A DNA stretch of 64,000 bases, taken from contig NC_092672.1 of the NCBI RefSeq assembly GCF_964355755.1, forward strand, positions 9,238,001-9,302,000. The letters are read 5' to 3'. The stretch's first letter is position 1. Each line of letters starts with the position of its first letter. Made by a program: the position numbers and the translations under genes. Under the pieces are notes generated by a model, which saw only the letters and a list, made by a program, of their open reading frames with translations, had not been told where the DNA came from and did not search any database. This DNA comes from Antedon mediterranea. Taxonomy: Eukaryota > Animalia > Echinodermata. Of this stretch, positions 59,601 through 64,000 are shown one piece after another.

Positions 59601-62600
59601 TAAATACAGACTTGGAGCAAGTCTAGGATCGACCGTGGCTCCATTCGCATGTTATGTAGGTCTCATTCTTCGTTATGCAAATATAGTTTGCACTTGAGAT
59701 CAAGGTTTTGATCGAAAATATTGTAAACAAATAACATTTTTCAAATTGATTACCAAATTTTTATATATTCCTCCGTATTTAATTACATTTTTAAACACAT
59801 TACACAACAATAATTCTGTTTAGGATGGTAAAATTGTTATTTGAATGTTGATGCAAATCTAACTCCTTTGATAATGTTTATTATATAAAAAGGAAACAAA
59901 TTTACTGAAGGAAAAAAAGAGAGTTGATTGACTCCTCCTAATTGTGTTTATTTGAAATGAATTGTTTAAAGTAAATCTAATTTTTCTAAGTTAAATAACA
60001 TCCTCCTAATGTTTAAGGCATAAAAAGATGTGCGTTAGCCACCTCTACTATACTAGTGTTTATTTGTTCCTTTTTCAGTAAGTTGGGGACTTTCCCGTTA
60101 CTTCATAGAAAAAAACATAAAAAATGTAATAAAAATAATGATGGATTACCTTTCTTATCGAATGTTAGATACAAAGGGTCGACGTTCATAGCATTGATCA
60201 GTAGTTCTTTCTGTCGTACCCTACAAAAACAAGCAAAACATTGACCGACATGACTTTTTGGAATGTGTGTATCATTATGGTGGAGATTTATCTAAAAGTT
60301 AAACAATGACTTTTTGGAATGTGTATATCATTACGGTGGAGATTTATATAAAAGTTAAACAAATTATTGAGAACTTACCACATTACTGAACAGTCAAAAT
60401 TCACCATCATCCATTTGTTTGGATTAAAGTTAAAGGAATCCAAGAACTATATAAAAATATTGAACAAAAAAACAATTAGCATATAGCCTACTGTATCAGT
60501 ACCGGAATTTGGAATTTGTACCGTCATGGTTGGTTTAGAAACTCTTCATATTTAATTTTTTACAATTTTATTTAGGCCTATACATTAAAAACCAACAGCG
60601 ATAATTATCGCCACTTACATGTTTGAAACATAAAACAACATCATCGAAAACAGGTTAAAAAAAATACAAATAGGCCTACGTCTTTTCGGATTGTGAACGG
60701 TAAAACCGACATGGCCGATCAGATGATACGTATATATAAATCAGGATGCCATTAAACATTTAAAATGGTAACAATAAGCGATGGTATTAATATAATAAAC
60801 ACTGCTGAACACCCTAAATGCGCTCTGCTCATAATATATACAGGTTTTCAAATAACAATAAACAATTTACTTAAATGGGGTTCGATAACCGAATGTCGTT
60901 TTTTAATTAAAGCTGAAGTGTGCAGAGAAAGTTACCTACTATTATCTCAACGCCGGTGTTGTTAGAATCAGTAGGTCATCCCCAGGGCGCAAAATGTATT
61001 TATTTAATTATCCGTAGCGTCGACATATTACGGCAGGATTGATCTGAATGTGGATATCTCCAAGGTGTCCACTTGGTGCAAATGCATCTTTTGCCTAAAC
61101 CTAGGGAGACCCAGTACAACCTTAGACGTAAATACCCTTTCCCTCTCCCTAGAGTTAACACTGAACGTTCGAAAAGATGTACCACTAATGGTCTTTTCAA
61201 TTCTTGGTAGTTTATCCCTGTACCCGAGTGCCCCTTTCTGACAAGAGTCTTTATGTTGTCGTTTTCGTTTTTGATGTCCCGTATTTGTAAACAACATGTA
61301 TTTTATACTAATTATGTTGAAAAGATATATTTTCTACCAATATTTGTATACGTACAATGTTTATATATTTTCATAATTATTTCAACTTCAATTTTAAATG
61401 TTTTAGTTTAGTATCTTATCGTGAATAGGCAATTTGGATTAGAACCAACGTTAAACAGAAGCAAGAATGACATCAAGACGATTATTTCGTAATCTAGTTT
61501 GCTATTCTGACATGAATTGGCTTGCCTTTGTTTATTTGATTTATCTACACATAAATCATACATCGATATAACAATGTACATCGTGTCACTTATAGTTCCA
61601 CATGCCAAGTTTTTTTTATACAGTAAATTATCACTGACTAGGCATCGTGTTAGATCAGGCGTACTCGTATGGAAATGGCATTTTAACTATTCTTTGATAG
61701 ATTATTAACTGTAACATTCTTGACCTGATGTGATGTATGTTGTGGGTTTTCTAAGTACCGTTACATCATTGTTCCATGTTGATAGATATGTTTGCACGTC
61801 AAACTGTAAGGCACTGAAGAGTTTACATTAGCAAGTTGTATTATTTTCAGCCCCCAGGGTGTTGAACATTACTACAAAATAGTGGAGATTTTAGCAGGAA
61901 GTGCAACCATTAACATCAGATGTATGCACGTAAGCAAAGAAATGGTTTACTTTAGGACACAGACCCTTCTCCAAATCAATTTTGCAAGTCATACAACTTG
62001 GGTTCCCAGTCAATAAAGTTACCGCAGATATATATAACAAATGCCGCAGTTGAAGTTACGTTTCATTTTAAACGTTACCCGGAACTCGCTTATGGAAACA
62101 TCACTGCATTTTAAACACATCCTTGTTCGAATTTAACCCCCAATAAGCACCCCAATTAATTTAACAAATACCAAAGTCAGTGTAAGTACGCCGCATTCCA
62201 TTGTAATAGGCCTACTAGTTAGTTTTGGGTTTAGTTTCTCTGTCAGATAAGCCGTTGTTGTATGTATGTTTATTGAATAGGCCTATAACAACAACATATA
62301 TTTATACCAAATACGCAAATTTGGTTAATGAGAAATTTGACGATTGTCTGACTCACGTTAATAATTACGTATATATATATATATATATATATATACAAAC
62401 CTATATAAATCTCCAACGTACCTGAAACCCTTTTGATAAGTAACTGAACTCGGGGCAGATGAGAGAATTTCCAGCGTACGCACCATCACAATGTAACCAA
62501 ACATCTCTTTCGAAACAAACTTTGCCTAACTCTTCGATATTGTCGCATGAACAAACACTAGTCGTTCCAATTGTTCCAGCAACCTGAAACAGTATTATTA

Positions 62601-64000
62601 AGAAAGAAAGTAAGTAAGTATACTCTATAGACTCAATGACAATAAAATAAACATCAAAATCAATATATAGTTCCACTGCAAATTATTTGAGTGCGATCTG
62701 AACTATCCAGAGACTTGACTAATATACTTACAAAGAAGGGAACCAATCCCTTTTCTTCATCATTCTGGAAAATAAATGAATATATCACGTTTTATACTCT
62801 TGTATAACGGAAACATTCGGTCACAATCTATTATTCGCTTTCATAGGCTACGTTGTGTTGTGTGGACGCGGGTATTTTTCAAGAAGTTTTTATTTTGTGG
62901 AAACGGTGGTGTAAAGCTCTATCTACACTATCAAACTAGTTTGCCAAAGTAAGTGTGATTTGCCCGTGGTAGTTATATTACGTCATTGTGTCCATTATGA
63001 GCATATCACATTTTATCGTCACATAACATTTGATAGTGCTTATAAGTAGTGTGAAGTAACTTTCTAATACCTTCATTGCTTCCAAAAGGGTAGAACCTCT
63101 AAGTGCGTAGTTTTCGTCAGTCTGCAGTTGTCGGAGTTTTACAAAACCTATCATTGCAGCTTTTTCAACAGAAGAATGTGCCTAAAAATGAATCGCAATA
63201 TCAGTTAATGTGTAAAAGTACTTACAATTAAATATTTTAAACTTTGACCATCAGAGAAAATGTTCAAAATATTAAGATTAATAGTAATTGTAATTAAAAT
63301 TGAATGGCTCATATTATTATGTTATCGGTTTTTAGTCTTAATGTATGAATCGTTTTGATAGTACAATCAAGAAAAACTATTTATGTTTTGCTTACCTGTT
63401 TTGAGCAATACCCTACGAGTTTTGAAAGCAAGATCGCTCTATCTTCATCCGGGTATTGAACTTGCAGGTTTTTTATTGCTTTGTCTCGGGCAGCTAAAAG
63501 GCAGACCAATGTACACTCACTCGCAGATCCCTAAATTAATTTAAAAATATGGGTTTGATACTTGTTAGGCCTTTTACTATTTCATCAAACTCGTTTCATA
63601 TTATAACTTGAGCTAATTAAGTAAGTGTTTAAGTAAAAGTAATTTCTCTAATCACCTGACATCATCACATGACTTTCAAATATCACATTTTTAAAGTTTA
63701 CAGTTTATACAATCTTTCCTGATTTACAAATAATTATGGATGGTGACGTATGATTCGTGCTATCTTTCATAAACTATAAACAAAAAGACTAAAGCAACAA
63801 AATTTGAATAGTAAATGGTACGTTCATGCTATTTTTGTAACAATTTAATTTTATAGTTTTAAGAGCTAATAATAAATAGCCAATTGAATTTACCTGTATG
63901 ACGCCACCGCCTTGACTTCCTTTAGTTGAAAACATGAAATGTTTTGGTAGCTTCATCATCTTTGCTAGCCAATCGACAACAATCATTTCCAACTCAGTTC
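56607..64000 (-). CDS. Group II PLP-dependent aromatic L-amino-acid decarboxylase, tyrosine-decarboxylase-like (3' part; 5' end beyond right edge)
   Basis: Exons 63894-64000 ([20 protein letters not shown]), 63396-63530 (GSASECTLV), 63071-63181 ([12 protein letters not shown]), 62732-62764, 62422-62583 ([13 protein letters not shown]), 60379-60446 ([12 protein letters not shown] lysine), 60150-60220 (NVDPLYL), 59117-59136 (20 nt, EKSIDYR), 58718-58816 ([23 protein letters not shown]), 58150-58251 (GLVCFRL), 56607-56972 (stop). Confidence 0.92.
57076..58041. mobile_element. Penelope-like element remnant with inverted 60-bp terminal segments and a decayed hammerhead motif
   Basis: 57076-57135 and 57982-58041 are inverted copies (56/60 identical). 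Adjacent minus-strand motif CTC-CTGAAGA-C-GATCAA-atcata-TTGATC-GAAAC-GAG. Confidence 0.5.
58359..58597. mobile_element. Harbinger-like MITE
   Basis: TIRs agcctggtttccat..aaatcg / cgattttatggaaaccaggct; internal palindrome aatcggcaaagtt..aactttgccgatt. Confidence 0.8.
60249..60361. repeat. 56-57-bp tandem duplication
   Basis: atgactttttggaatgtgt..tcatta.ggtggagatttat.taaaagttaaaca x2. Confidence 0.85.
62915..63040. mobile_element. MITE family A
   Basis: agctctatctacactatcaaact...tttgatagtg. Confidence 0.75.

Overview
AT-rich, intron-containing eukaryotic (metazoan, probably invertebrate) DNA. It holds four spliced genes in tandem on the minus strand, with exons reconstructed by hand from GT-AG signals and translation. 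From left to right: (1) the 5' half of a kinesin-3 KIF1A/unc-104 gene (motor, neck coil and FHA domains; runs off the left edge); (2) a complete TTI1 (TELO2-interacting protein 1 homolog); (3) a complete MRPL47; (4) the 3' part of a PLP-dependent aromatic amino-acid decarboxylase of the tyrosine-decarboxylase (NPNK) type, which runs off the right edge. The introns carry many non-autonomous mobile elements: a Tourist/Harbinger-like MITE family in about 11 copies, nested MITEs, a MULE-like foldback element with a 10-bp TSD, a 2.4-kb TIR element carrying a minisatellite, a Helitron, tRNA-derived SINEs, and a Penelope-like remnant with a decayed hammerhead motif. The most notable observation is a 60-bp x10 minisatellite that tandemly copies the 3' end of a KIF1A motor-domain exon together with its GTAAGT donor, giving ten in-frame, stop-free alternative 5' splice sites. 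A candidate 24-nt microexon also lies in the KIF1A K-loop intron. Most short ORFs in the supplied track are spurious or are exon fragments.
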